Positions 1 through 12,500 of a stretch of DNA of 64,000 bases are shown one piece after another. Made by a program: the position numbers and the translations under genes. Position 1 is the stretch's first letter. Each line of letters opens with the position of its first letter. The notes under the pieces are model-generated. The model was not told where the DNA came from. It saw nothing but the letters and a program-made list of their open reading frames with translations, and did no database searches. This stretch comes from Tubiluchus corallicola (Eukaryota > Animalia > Priapulida), in the NCBI GenBank assembly GCA_030141605.1, contig JAQGDQ010000079.1, forward strand, positions 310,001-374,000, given 5' to 3'.

Positions 1-3000
1 AGATGGCCATTCTTGCTCGTTCTTGTGAAGAAATTTCGGTCCTCTCCACCATTTTTCATCATTAATAAGTTGATTTGCAGTTTTCCTTCTAGTCACAGCA
101 TCAGCAGCATTCTCTTTTGATGTGACATGCCGCCATTGATGTGGAAATGTTTGACTCTGAATTTCGCCTATACGATTAGCGATGAACGGTTTCAGTGTGC
201 GACTTCTACTCCTTATCCACCATAAAACGTTCATACTATCACACCAAAAAATTGCATTTTTTAGTTCCATGTTTAGTGCACCAGCTATGTGGTCCGTAAG
301 CCTTAGCCCCAGTATTGCAGCCATCATTTCTAGTCGTGGAATACTAATTGCAATCAGAGGGGCTACACGAGACTTTGCTGCGATGAGTCGACACGATATA
401 GTTCCATCAGGATAGGTACAACGTAGATAGCTAACTGCTGCATAGGCTTCTTGCGATGCATCTACGAATGTGTGCAGTGTGCATGAATCTGTACCCCCCT
501 CCGTGACCAAACATCTCGGAATATGAATTTCTGGCATCTCGATCAATTCTGTAAACCACATTTTGGCTTTCCATTGCAAGTTTTCGTCAAGCTCGTCGTC
601 CCATCCTAAACCGGCTGTCCACATTTCCTGCATGATAATTTTCCCTCGAACGAGAAATGCTGCCAGAAATCCCAATGGATCAAATATTGTAGCGAACTTC
701 CTCAGTATATTACGCTTGGTAAATAAGAAATTGTCGATGTCCATGGATTTTGGTTTGAAGGTGAAAACATCTTCCTTTGCCAGCCACAGTACTCCAAGTG
801 TTTTTATACTCGGAAGAAGTCCTTCATCTAAGTTAATTTCTGATGCTCTCTCCTCTTGTGGTATCTCGGCTAACACTACAGGTGAATTTGATAACCATTT
901 ACGAGCTCGCATGCCAGCCTTTTCCCAAAGACCGGACAACTGACTGTAGAGCTCTATGCCTTGTTCATCGTCGATGGCTGAATCCATGCTATCGTCCATA
1001 TACGTCGAGTAGAGTATGGTTTCTGTAGCCATTGGATACTGCAATTGAAATTTTTCTGCATGCTTCCGCGTCACAAATTGTGCAAGAAATGGTGATGCAT
1101 TTACCCCAAAAACGACCCTTTCGAATTCATATTGGTCAGGCTGTCTGTTTTCGAAATTCCTCCAGAGAAATCTATGGTAAACCCTGTCCTCAGGAACAAT
1201 TTTAATCATCAAGTACATCTCTGCAATGTCCGATACCAATGCTACAGGATTTTTACGAAAACGAAGCAAGACATCGAATAAGTCTCTCTGCAGCTTTGGT
1301 CCGGGACTAATGACATCATTCAGCGAGACTCCATCGCATTCTTCTGACGAATCAAACACCATGCGTACTTTTGTTGTCTCTCTATCTGGTCTGATTATTG
1401 GAAAATGGGGTAAAAACCATCGTCCGCATTGCTGATCTTCTAATGATGTCACTTGACGTATGTAGCCTTTCTTCACATACTGCTGAATATTATCTTCGTA
1501 TATTTTTGCCACTTCTGGATTTTTTAGTAGACGTTTTTCGGTGCTCTGTAGTCTTTTCAGTGCCTTTTCGTAGCTCAATTTCGCACTAGGCAGCTCAACT
1601 GAATTATCTTTCCATGGTATGCAAACCTCATAATGTCCATCCGTCATTTTCATGGATTTCTCTACTTTAGCTAAAGCGTTCTCTGCACCAATATCCAGAA
1701 TGCGGCAACTTGGCATCGTGCCAGCTGAATCTATCTGCCAAAATTGTTGCAACATCTCATCAAGCCGAATTTCACTAGCTTCAGCCGAAAAATACGTGTG
1801 AACGAAATTGGTGCGAACACGATAACTGTCGCAATCATTTGGTTGTCCTATACATGTCCATCCGAGTGGAGTTAATCTAGCTATTGGCTCCCCTGGCTTT
1901 CCACGAACATCTCTGTACGAATAATGTAAATCGGTGTAATCGCTGCCAATCAACATGTCTACGATGAGGCGACGTCCTAGTTTTGGAAATTCAATAGCTT
2001 TCAAATGGTCCCACTTGTGACTGCATTCATTCCAGTTTATTACATTCAAATTTCCGGTAACTCTTTCAGCCGTTAATGCGCTGAATTTCATGTCCAGCTG
2101 GCCGTTGACACTCTGTAGATTAAATGTTACAGGTCTTGTTTCGAAAACTTTTGTTTGCCCATTTAAAACGTTGACGTTAATCTGCTGAGTCTCACCCTCA
2201 AGTCCTAACTCTGCTGCTACATCCGAGTTGATGTACGATCTTGTGCTGGCATCATCTAATAATGCGTTGATTGTCAATTTACGATTTCCATTTTTCACGA
2301 TTATTGGTATAGTTCGCAACATAATTTTTTCAACTATCTTGGGATTGCCAGATGTCATTGTCACAGCCGAATTTTGTTTGTCAGGTGGTATGGTCGATGT
2401 GCTACTGCGATGCGATGAACCATCTTCAGCTGCAGGTTTGATTGATGACGGTGTAGAACCAACAGCATTGCTGTAGTTCTTGTTGGTCGCGGCTAAATGC
2501 GAATTATTTTCTCTAACTTCTTTTGACGAATGTAGAAATCTGTTATGATTGTATTTGCAGCTGTCTATGCCACAAACTCTGCTACGTGGACAGGTTTGAC
2601 CTTGGTGATCTGACCCCAGACAGCGATAGCATAAGTTCAATCGCTTTGCAGAGTCCCATCTTTGTGGAATGCTCATCTTGCGAAACTCATCACACCTCCA
2701 AACACCGTGAGGCCCATTGCAAACTTTGCATAATCTTTGTGATTGACTACTTCTGGAAACTGCAGCTTCTTGGTTATCTCCTGTTGTCCCAAAGTACGAT
2801 CTCGGTTTTGGTTTTGTGTCCAAATTGCTGGCCCCTAAACCATAAACTGTCTCGTGTGCTATTGTGTAAAACTCTGCCTCGCGAATTATCCATTCTCTTA
2901 GCGAAATAACATTTTCTGCCCGACGTTTCTCGAATAACCAACGCTGGAATTGAGCCAGCATGCTTTCTGGCATTTTCTTCTTTAATTTTGCGTAAAGTGA

Positions 3001-4083
3001 TCCATTACCTAATTCTTCGTGTCGACCAGCCTCTTGTAAATTTACTACGGTCAAGTCCAATAAATCCGCGAATTTTTCTATTTCTTTAGCGTGCTCAGTT
3101 CGAATTGGCCTAAATCTTTCCAGTTCTTCTAATTGCAGCGCCACCTGTCGTCGACGACCGCCATATTTTCTATCTAATCTCTCTTTAGCAGCTTGGTATG
3201 CAACTGCCGAATGTCCCAAATTCTCAATGACCTTCAACGCCTCACCGGATAAATACTGTCTAAGTTGCAAAAGTTTATACTCTGCTGTCGCTGGCGCTGA
3301 ATCTATACAAGCACAAAACGCTGCTTTCCAATTTTCGTAGCTCTTTTTGTCTCCATTAAAAACCGGGATGGAAACTCTCTTTAATTGCCTCCACATATCA
3401 ACACCTATGGAAACGTCCTCATGCTGCACGGTAGCTGCTGTGTTGTACCGATCAGCTGGTTGATGGCGGGTCCATGATGTGTTGCTAAATTCTCGCTGCT
3501 CAGAATCGAAGTGAGCTTCCTCGTATAGTTCAGCTTTTACATTATAATGTTCAGTAGCAGACGTTGTAGGGATATCACTCCCGAGAGGTTTTGCAGGTGG
3601 CGTAGCCCATGGTGAATGCATGTTGTCAGATTCGATGTTTGCTGACGCCCTTGCTGTAGCAGTAGATCCGCCTCCATGTCCCAGTTTTAAGGTTTGCAGG
3701 TAGACCTGTGCTTTACTGTATACTGTCGCGTACTCGTCAGACAACTTCTCCAATTCGTCAATGACCTCGTCTATGCATTCTTCTATCTTTTGACCCCCTG
3801 TCTCATCTGTCAGGTAATTTTCCAGTAAATTCTCCACTACCGACATTGCTCTACTTTGCGCCTCGTCTATCTTATCAAATAAATCTAAAATGTTCTGACG
3901 TGTTTCCCATTCGTCCTGGTGGACTTCTTGACTGATTAATTGCAGTAGTTTATTTTTTAACTTCGTAAGTGCAGATTTGGCGCTAGCTTTTTCTGCTTTT
4001 AACTCCTGCCGACTAGTGTTGATAATTTTTGCGCTACGTACCCTATCGCTCTCCTTTCCAGCCGATTGTTGCTGCTGACTCAT
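1..4083 (-). CDS. BEL/Pao gag-pol polyprotein (partial, runs off the window edge)
   Basis: ATG at 4083 (MSQQQQSAGKESDRVRSAK...). Motifs read by hand: DUF1759-like gag DMWRQLKRVSIPVFNGDKKSYENWKAAF (~3320-3400); CKVCNGPHGVWRC and CYRCLGSDHQGQTC...CGIDSCKYNHNRFLH knuckles (~2530-2730); protease NALLDDASTRSYI (~2230-2270); RT WFLPHFPIIRPD, VSDIAEMYL and YMDD (991-1002); RNase H LHTFVDASQEAYAAV and SIPRLEMMAAILG; WWRGPKFL..WP at 1-60. The ATG, WFLPHFP, YMDD and WWRGP were checked to share one frame. The ORF track lists no terminated - strand ORF here, consistent with no stop in 1361 codons. Confidence 0.93.
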   Translation of the reverse strand, partial: MSQQQQSAGKESDRVRSAKIINTSRQELKAEKASAKSALTKLKNKLLQLISQEVHQDEWETRQNILDLFDKIDEAQSRAMSVVENLLENYLTDETGGQKIEECIDEVIDELEKLSDEYATVYSKAQVYLQTLKLGHGGGSTATARASANIESDNMHSPWATPPAKPLGSDIPTTSATEHYNVKAELYEEAHFDSEQREFSNTSWTRHQPADRYNTAATVQHEDVSIGVDMWRQLKRVSIPVFNGDKKSYENWKAAFCACIDSAPATAEYKLLQLRQYLSGEALKVIENLGHSAVAYQAAKERLDRKYGGRRRQVALQLEELERFRPIRTEHAKEIEKFADLLDLTVVNLQEAGRHEELGNGSLYAKLKKKMPESMLAQFQRWLFEKRRAENVISLREWIIREAEFYTIAHETVYGLGASNLDTKPKPRSYFGTTGDNQEAAVSRSSQSQRLCKVCNGPHGVWRCDEFRKMSIPQRWDSAKRLNLCYRCLGSDHQGQTCPRSRVCGIDSCKYNHNRFLHSSKEVRENNSHLAATNKNYSNAVGSTPSSIKPAAEDGSSHRSSTSTIPPDKQNSAVTMTSGNPKIVEKIMLRTIPIIVKNGNRKLTINALLDDASTRSYINSDVAAELGLEGETQQINVNVLNGQTKVFETRPVTFNLQSVNGQLDMKFSALTAERVTGNLNVINWNECSHKWDHLKAIEFPKLGRRLIVDMLIGSDYTDLHYSYRDVRGKPGEPIARLTPLGWTCIGQPNDCDSYRVRTNFVHTYFSAEASEIRLDEMLQQFWQIDSAGTMPSCRILDIGAENALAKVEKSMKMTDGHYEVCIPWKDNSVELPSAKLSYEKALKRLQSTEKRLLKNPEVAKIYEDNIQQYVKKGYIRQVTSLEDQQCGRWFLPHFPIIRPDRETTKVRMVFDSSEECDGVSLNDVISPGPKLQRDLFDVLLRFRKNPVALVSDIAEMYLMIKIVPEDRVYHRFLWRNFENRQPDQYEFERVVFGVNASPFLAQFVTRKHAEKFQLQYPMATETILYSTYMDDSMDSAIDDEQGIELYSQLSGLWEKAGMRARKWLSNSPVVLAEIPQEERASEINLDEGLLPSIKTLGVLWLAKEDVFTFKPKSMDIDNFLFTKRNILRKFATIFDPLGFLAAFLVRGKIIMQEMWTAGLGWDDELDENLQWKAKMWFTELIEMPEIHIPRCLVTEGGTDSCTLHTFVDASQEAYAAVSYLRCTYPDGTISCRLIAAKSRVAPLIAISIPRLEMMAAILGLRLTDHIAGALNMELKNAIFWCDSMNVLWWIRSRSRTLKPFIANRIGEIQSQTFPHQWRHVTSKENAADAVTRRKTANQLINDEKWWRGPKFLHKNEQEWPS

Positions 4084-4211
4084 GGCTATGGCGATACGAT
4101 GAAGTCAAATGAAACCCGATACATGTAGTACGACGAATACGATAACGATATTTACTGCAGACGAGTTTCACAGCATAAATTACCGCTGACGAGTTTCACT
4201 GCGTAACTACT

Positions 4212-4222
4212 CTCTGCTACCA
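4212..4222 (-). promoter_or_regulatory. Primer-binding site complementary to the 3' end of initiator tRNA-Met
   Basis: - strand TGGTAGCAGAG begins 2 nt after the LTR end (...AAAACA-AC-TGGTAGCAGAG). It is complementary to the eukaryotic tRNAiMet 3' end ...CUCUGCUACCA. Confidence 0.8.
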
Positions 4223-4224
4223 GT

Positions 4225-4444
4225 TGTTTTGAAGTAAATCCCAAAAACTTTTATTTTAAATTCAATATTACAGAACAAATCAAATACGTGGCGATTTCTT
4301 CGCTTCCAATGAGTAGACTAAAAAACGTGCTCAATTCTGATTGGTTGACCTACTAAATGCATATAACGAAGCCAAGTTTTACAGGCAATTCTAAATAAGT
4401 ACAACTTTAGATTAAAGGGCAAGCAGAGAGAAATCTTCCGAACA
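4225..4444 (-). repeat. 5' LTR (220 bp) of the BEL/Pao element
   Basis: - strand starts TGTTCGGAAG and ends CTTCAAAACA (TG..CA, 8/10 terminal inverted match). It contains CCAAT and AATAAA and abuts the PBS. Candidate TSD GTGGT at 4445-4449; the second copy is outside the window. Confidence 0.8.
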
Positions 4445-6534
4445 GTGGTTTTTTCATGCGCAGTGTGCTCTTGCTTTTAATAATAGAGTTTCCATTGATT
4501 TACACAGTACAGAGCGTAGTTGTCACCTTCTTGTTCTAAACCCTCAAGGTAGTAATTTTGCCAGTTCCTGTTACAACTATGAAAGCCAGTTTCATTGCTT
4601 TGATGCCGCTTTTGTGACGGCTGACTCAGTGTAATTATCCCAGCTGCTACTGCTCTGTTGACTTTGTAATGATGGCACCGAATGATTTGTTACAGTCATT
4701 ATTAGTTACTGAAATGTTTTACTTATTTATAGTCCCGTTCTATCAAGTGCCAGTTACTAAAATGTTTAGCCTAGCCTTTTGTGCAAATATAGTCTTTTGT
4801 GCAAATACCGTAGTTTTCTACAATTGCACAATTGTTTTGTTTGGCTTCTCATTTCAACTCGATTGCGTTAAATTCTAGGGACACATATTTCTAGTACATT
4901 TCTGTAGTAACTTTAGCTTATCGTGAGAAATTTTGACCTTCTTGGTTATGTCGTAAAGTGTAAGAGTAGTATTAAAATCTGATAGTGGGAAAGTGTTAAG
5001 AGTGCTCATTAGTATAATGGAAAAGATATTAGATGTAGGCCTTTAGAGTTGTAAAGAATGCTACCAAATATTTTGACAAGATTTTACCAGATTTAATGGA
5101 CAAATCTCTTAAAGCTGTTAAAACAATCACGTGCAAACGTTAAACAAAAGAGTTCATCAGGTGTTTAGTGTTCAGAGAGAAACCAAAATTCGCTTTTTTC
5201 TATGAGCCTATCTGAATTTCATAGTTTTTTGTAGTGAATAACCCATCATGTTGTGATTCAGCATGTGCTCATGCACACATACACACACAAACTGGATGCA
5301 TAACATTAGATTCAGAGCACATTCATTGCAATATGTAAAAATGCAGTTTAGCTGCATGCTTCAAATTGAACAGCGCTACCTACAGAAAAATGCATAACAT
5401 TTTGTTATTAATGTCTTATCTTGATGTTGTAACAAGGAAAATCTATTATGAAGTCATATTAGCATCATACTAGCAGAGAGTTTGTCTTGTTGCCATTTTC
5501 ATTTGCCCAAATAAAAACTAACAATACCCTCTAAATTGGTAGCGTTGCCAGTGGCAAAAATCGTACATTGCAAACTAGATAAACCATCTTGGTCTTCCTA
5601 AAAAGGAACTGTTTTCTTTCAAGACATTTGATGAACATTCAGTCAATGCAGCAAGGACTATACATGTGATATCTTGTTCTGCCCAAAATGTCATTACTTA
5701 GCAAGAATATTTTATTGTTATATTGGCTTTTCATATTTTTGCCCCCAACCCCCTTCTTGCTTTTGCAGTTAAACGCTTGTTTCAAGTTACCTAATTCTCT
5801 TTTTGTTGTCTGCATCATGCAATGTATTTAATTAAGGCAAGTTATGTAAACATTAAAATTTTTATGAAGAATTTTTTTCGTTTAATTTCGTTTGATTTTA
5901 AATTTATAATCTTAATCATGACCATTGTAACTTTTTGCTAATGAAAAGTAGAATAAATGCAGCAAATTTATTGTGAAAATGTTTATTATCAATGTGCTGC
6001 TTTTAAGATGGACTTTTGCAAATATGCACCAAATTCTGGTCTCTGATCATGTGTTTTAATTTTCCTACTTTAAATCCTATTTCAATAAATGATTAGCAGA
6101 ATAAACTTGAGTTTTTTTTACTAATCACTACTGTTATTGATCTATAAGTGTAGTGTTATTTTTTTCAATGGAAAGCTTCATGCATCACCATTGGCACTGT
6201 TACGAAGGTAATACCAAAATGCAGTTTACCAGTTGTTCTGTAATCCCACTACAAACTACAGCAAACTGTTGAAACTATAGAACAAATCTCACTCACCAAA
6301 TAATAAATAAGTGATAGCAATTAAATGGTTTTATAATGCCAAATTTGTTGTACAATTTTTAGTCAGTAGCTGCTGTGAAAAACAAACTCGCATTTATCGA
6401 AGCCCATCCTGCTGCTAAAATCCCATGGGAGTTGATTCATAATGTACTCAATTAATTTTAATGTTATCCTTTATTGCTTTCTAATAATTAATTCATGTAC
6501 ACGAACTCTATCATTAGTATAATTTTCTTTGCAG

Positions 6535-9500
6535 AGTGGGCACTGGGTTGGAACCGTCTTGCTCAACGTTTGCGAATTAATCGAGCGACCGTCGAAGAAA
6601 GATGGCTTCTGTTTCAAGTTGTTTCATCCTTTAGACCAAAGCATTTGGGCTACAAAGGTTCGTACAATTTGCAAATTAAATTTCAGTTTAGTGCAGTGTG
6701 GATTTATTTGGTAAATTAATTACTGTTTGAATTTTAATGAGACAGAATTTTTGGTGCTTTTCGAGTATGTGCTATGTAATCAAATTGCAATCAAGTAACA
6801 ATGTATGTTTAGCCAACTAAGGCCACAGGAGGTGTGAACATATCTTGTATTCATCATTTTGTTTCAAGTCTGTGAAATATATGCAGTGTGTATTTAGCTG
6901 TCTAGCTTTAACAAAATTTTAATTTTTTTTGTTTAATATTGTCATTTGTTATGTGTGGTAATGCGTTGATTATCAGACAAAGCAGTAATTGAGTGTTTGT
7001 GCACTTCTAATTTCTCCTTTGCAAATGCAGCTTTTGATTCTTCAAATAGTTCAATGTAAACTTTATGCTGTTAATCACCCAACGCTACTAGGAACCCGTC
7101 CTTGTTGCTTGCGCATCAATTGTATTGATGGAGAAACAAACATACATGTACTTTCAGGGCCTATATGCATACTGAAGCCATAAGTGTCTTTGCCTAGTAA
7201 CTAATGGGCAAAAAGCAAATGATTATCATGCTAACTGGCCATCAGACTGCAGGTTTTTTATTTTCCAGTAATTTTTTGCTTCACTGCAATAATTAGTACT
7301 ATTAGTACTATAATTCACTACAATAATCAGCAGTGTCCATAAACAAATTGTTTTTTGTCCTTGCTTTAATGTAATCAGTTTTCGTGAAATTAATGCAACA
7401 AATCATATTACTACATTGCTTTAAATCACATTACTACATTTTAGGGCCCGTCTGGTGAAACCATGGGTGCCGTGACACAGCCATTGCCTACGGCATATCT
7501 GATATTTCGTGCGCCATCAGAAGGTGCTGGAAAATGTTGGATGGATGCTCTGGAACTGGCTCTACGATGTTCTTCACTTCTCATACGCAGCATGACAAAG
7601 GTATGTTTTAGAATAATATTTGTTTAAGATAGCTTATTTGATAACTACAGCCCTTTGACAAATTATCTTTTTAAACTCATCGATATTTAAGAGGTATATT
7701 AATGATGTTTACTGTCATCAACATTTACTTTGAGACTTATATAAACTAAGTTATAAATTTAATTAATTTTGCTCTTAACATGGCTAGAGCTTAGCTGAGT
7801 GACAACTCTCGATGCTGAGATACCCAGCTTGAAGAAATCACAAACTGGCTCTTCATCATTGGCCTGTTTTGCCACCTGTAGGTTTTCTTTCAAAATATAG
7901 TGCATTATGTTCGGCAGCTAAATGTCTACAAAAGTACCAGTTGTAATTATCAAGTGCAACATAAAGTTTAGTTTCAACGTAACTTGCATGTTATGCAGAT
8001 CGCCTATTTTTATCCATGGTACTTATACATACGTCTACATATATATGTACGGCATTTTGGCATGGAGTGCAAGCTCAATATTCAAATTATTGAACAAATG
8101 AGCTCAGTTTTTGTAAAATTTTATCATCTTGCTCATTTGCCCGTTCTGATTGCAGGCTGTAATAATGCTACATAAATTACAGTACAAGAAACTAAAAGAA
8201 ACTTGTTCTATGAACAAAATATAAATCTTTTTGAATCAATACCTATGTGTAAATACCACAGGGAACTACTCGAAACTAAACTACAGGAAGTTAGGGCCCT
8301 GGATCCGAGACTTCTAAATGTTGAAGCACAAGAAAACCCTTCACTTAACATAAAGCTTAAGAATTTCCTCTTGAAATATTATACCACTTACCTACTGCCT
8401 TTTGCATGCAGGGCTTGCGTCGACAGTAACCCTGTATAAAACTTGTAAACTTAAACTTCCGCGATGACCGTTAAAAAAAGTTTAGAGAACACTGCGCGAA
8501 GTTGGAAAAAATAATCACATCATGCGTAGCACACATGTTACTAACCAAGTAAAATTTTAAATTACTGTACGTTTTTGGTTAATGAGTGGCCTGGAGGGTG
8601 AGCCAGTAACATTTTACCAATTGGCACGAACATTTTAAATTATTATTTCTAGTTATATAAGTCTTTCCATCAGGCAAGTGAAATGCGAAGTAAAATAGAT
8701 TTGTATGGAACGTTTTTGGGTCATAATTTTACGTTGCTTTTTCTTCCACGATTTACGTTTGCGTAAATGACATCATGCAATGGCAACTTCGAAACAATAA
8801 TGTGGGAGATTTAAAATGGAAACAAACAAAAATTCCCTTTAATGCGAGTACGATATATGCATAAAAATGCTGTAAAGTATTATAATTTGTTAAGGCAATT
8901 TTTTTGAAACCTACTTCAGGTACCCCTTTTCTTGTCCTTAAGTATTTTTGGCTATTGCCCTAATAGACGATCAAAAATCATGTAACCAAAAAGTATACGT
9001 CTGTCTGCTTTGAGGTCATCTTGTTTCAGCTGGATCTCTGTGCCTGTGCATGGACTTGCCTGAGCACAGAATTATCTTCCAAAGATAACGTTTTACACAA
9101 CATGTAGGTTTACTTTTGCATTTGGTGTCTTAACACTTTACTGTATATAGTAAGTAAAGGATTAACTGAAATAGTGTTTATTTTTTATGCTGCTGACATT
9201 GGTCTAATCCCATGTAACATCTTGCCTGATACAGGATGGTCAAGGTCAGGCATTACCTATGAATCAAATGGAAGATGTATCAGAAGTAGTTGATACTGGG
9301 GAAGTGTCCATGATCATGAGTCCAATGACTTTGCTAGACAGCGTCCCTCCAGGAAAGTGGAGTGAATCTGACGGTGAATTCAACTTGACTGATCAAGGTC
9401 TGTATTCTGATTTAAATTCTAATCACATATGATGTGTCTCTGCAGTTTCTTCTGTCAGAGGTCTTTTGCAAAATTCTTTCATTTCCTTAAAAATCAGTAT

Positions 9501-12500
9501 CGCTAAATTAGTCTTATAGATATTTCAAGACATTAGTCTGCATGCTTAATGTTAAAAAGAAAATTTATTAAAGTTTTAAAAGGCTGTGTATTTCATCCTT
9601 TTGTAGTACTTGTTTGAGTAGTATGTATTTTTACTACCACTCAAGTGTTTTATGTGCTATTTGTTTATGTTAATCCCAAAATATTAATTAATTTGAAAGC
9701 ACATTTATAATATTACTGACTGGTAGAACATTGATAATATAATTTAGAATTGGCCCCTGAAGTGTAATGCGAGTCCTGCCACCCGATAGGTGACACCAAT
9801 GTTGAATGACCTAGGACCTTTTCAGTGCATCCGCAGTATTACTTCAGTGTTGAGCACTTTCTTTGATTAGCACAAAAATGAACAGTGGATTGTTAGACCT
9901 GAATTTGGCTCAGAGTACTTTTAGCACATAGCGGAATTTTTTAGTTAAACATTCTCTAGCTCTCCGTTATTTCTTTGCAGATTTTGATGATCGTCACAGC
10001 ACTGATGATGCGAGAGAAGTTGATGGAGTTCATTCGGAAAAGACTGATTCTGAATCAGAGCAACAAGATGAATGCTTTGATACAAATTTACGTACTATAC
10101 CTCCCAAAGAATCCCATTATGTTCTTCAGACTCATGAAGTAGGACAGGTACAGTAAACTTTTAATATCTGTGAGTTCTGAGATTTATGTTGCTATAATGT
10201 AAATTCCATGGACAGCTTGTTTCTCTTTTGTTAAATCTGATGTGTAAGGAAAATTGAGATTTGCAGCATAGATGGGGTTACTTAACTATTATTGTAATTT
10301 AAATATTGAGGTGATATTAAACTAAAAAAATCAAAATGAAAAGGATTTTGAGGAAACTGAATCTGAAATGAAAGTTTTTAATTTTTTTGAATGTCTAGGT
10401 TTTAGATCTCCAATCTCTTTAATCAAATTTGGGCTAGGGTAAAGTGGTTTGCATCCAAAATATCCCTTGTTAAAATCCATTTTTCACTTTTTTGTTTTCC
10501 TTAAAATTGTGATCGCTCTCATCAGTTTTTTTTTTTGTAATTCATTTTTAACCTATCATAAATTGATTATTTTATAATAAAAATATCACATTTGATTAGC
10601 ATTGTGCTCTTCTCTGCTGGGAAAATTAGTTTAAAGCATTAGAAAAACATCAGCTATATATCAAATTTTAATTTGAAAACTTTGGAACATCAGTACTGTG
10701 TTCATCGTCAATCAGTAAATAGTAAAAATAAATAATTGATGTCAGAATTCTAAAAAATGGAATGTATGAAACAATTAAGCCTATAACCATTTCTAGGCAA
10801 AATGTTTCTAAGTTCCGAAAGTTCCTTGAGTAACATTATATAATTTGAACAAATTTGGTTAGCTTTCTTTAATGTGAAAACTAGGTATTTTTTCTAAGTC
10901 ACAAAAATGAAATTATCAAAATTATTCATTGGCACACCACTACAGGTAGGTTTCCGATACAGAATTGTTGTAAACATGTCATTAAATTAGCTATATTTTT
11001 TGTGTAATGATAAAAATTTTTGCATTTCAGTAAATCATATCTTGCTATGTATGTTTGTTGAAATAGTGAAATTCTTTACTGCCATCATAACATAAATTTA
11101 CCGCCTGCAAAGATAGAAAGTATTAGCATGCTTTAGTCTTATTCAGTTTTTTTTACAAATATGTATTCTTTTTTTTCAGTTTCTGGTAGCTGGTGAAAGT
11201 TGCCAAACTGAAGAAATTGCAGATGAAAATAAAAGTCTTGTTTGGTCGTTACTAAAACAGGTACCTGCAGCCAGAGCTTCATAGTTACCAAAGTGCCACA
11301 TTTATTTATGTATCCTGTTAACAATATGGCAAGGCATGATTATGGTTTAATGTAAATTAATGACTGTGAAAAGGTTATTGTCGTCATCCTTTCCTTTTTA
11401 TTACTAAAACGTGTATTTCCCCAACCCTTCATACGTATAATTGTGTGCATTTTGTACATGTTCTTATGGGTGGCTGACCTCGATAACTTATAGTTCTTTC
11501 ACCACCCTTTCACCACTAATCAATAATTACTTTTGCACTTTGTAATATTATTGTATGTTGTATAGATTTATAAATCTGTTAGTTATGTATTTTGCTATTT
11601 TAAAAATGGTGATAAACTAATAAACTTACTTACTTACTTACTTATTTTATATGCTTTATATTTTTCATCATTATTTTGATCTCTTATTCAATATAAATAT
11701 AAAGGCTAAAATTGGACAGTTTTGGTTTTTTAAATAAAATTACACGTCTGTATATTTTTTTATGCATTTTAGGTTCGACCTGGTATGGATCTCTCTAAAG
11801 TGGTGCTACCTACATTTATACTTGAACCACGTTCTTTCTTAGACAAACTTACAGATTATTACTATCATGCTGACTATTTATCTCTGTAAGTTTTTTCTTT
11901 ACATAATTCCTAAATCTAAATAAATAAAGTACACTTTTTAAAGAAATATATCAGTATCTAGAACAATTAACAATGAATATGCTTCTGCATAAGTTAAACA
12001 TTTTTTCCTTAATGTAAAATTTGTGCAAATGGGGCATTTTGCAGTGTAACTAGAAAATGTGAATTTTTTTGCAAGAAAGAGTTGCCTTTTTGTTTAGAAC
12101 TGAAATTTTGTAAGTACCTGAAATGCTGGAAATTATAATATTTACAGAGCTGTCCAAGAAGAAGATCCCTTTGTTAGGATGAAATCTGTTGTACAGTGGT
12201 ACTTATCAGGATTTTATAAAAAACCAAAGGTTAGTGTATTTGGTTCATAGTTTTCACTCACGAATGACTTGAACTTCATGAACACAAATTTATGTAGCTG
12301 TTGTCTTCGCATTTATGTTAAAAATATTAGTCTAATGTGGTACTCAAGACGTCATTAAGTGGTACCTAATCCTAATGCGAGCGACTGACTTTGATCATTC
12401 TTCATATTTTGCACTTCATTATGATTATAATCAGCAGTGTCAAAGTAGCAGAACAGCTAACATGTTGTACTTGTGTATATTGATGTTTCATGCAAACTCA

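Larger units (their letters stand above)
1..4444 (-). mobile_element. BEL/Pao-superfamily LTR retrotransposon, 5' portion (integrase and 3' LTR lie beyond the window start)
   Basis: 5' LTR 4444-4225, PBS 4222-4212, then one long - strand ORF with Pao-type gag, zinc knuckles, protease, RT and RNase H motifs in the order gag-PR-RT-RH. Confidence 0.95.

Noticed and set aside
182-2909. Eight + strand ORFs of 60-130 aa
   Set aside because: They are antisense shadows of the BEL/Pao gag-pol ORF.
8290-8930. Transposon-like intronic blocks (also ~10300-10760, ~17950-18300, ~25190-25440)
   Set aside because: They look like interspersed repeats, but I could not pair TIRs or TSDs by eye.
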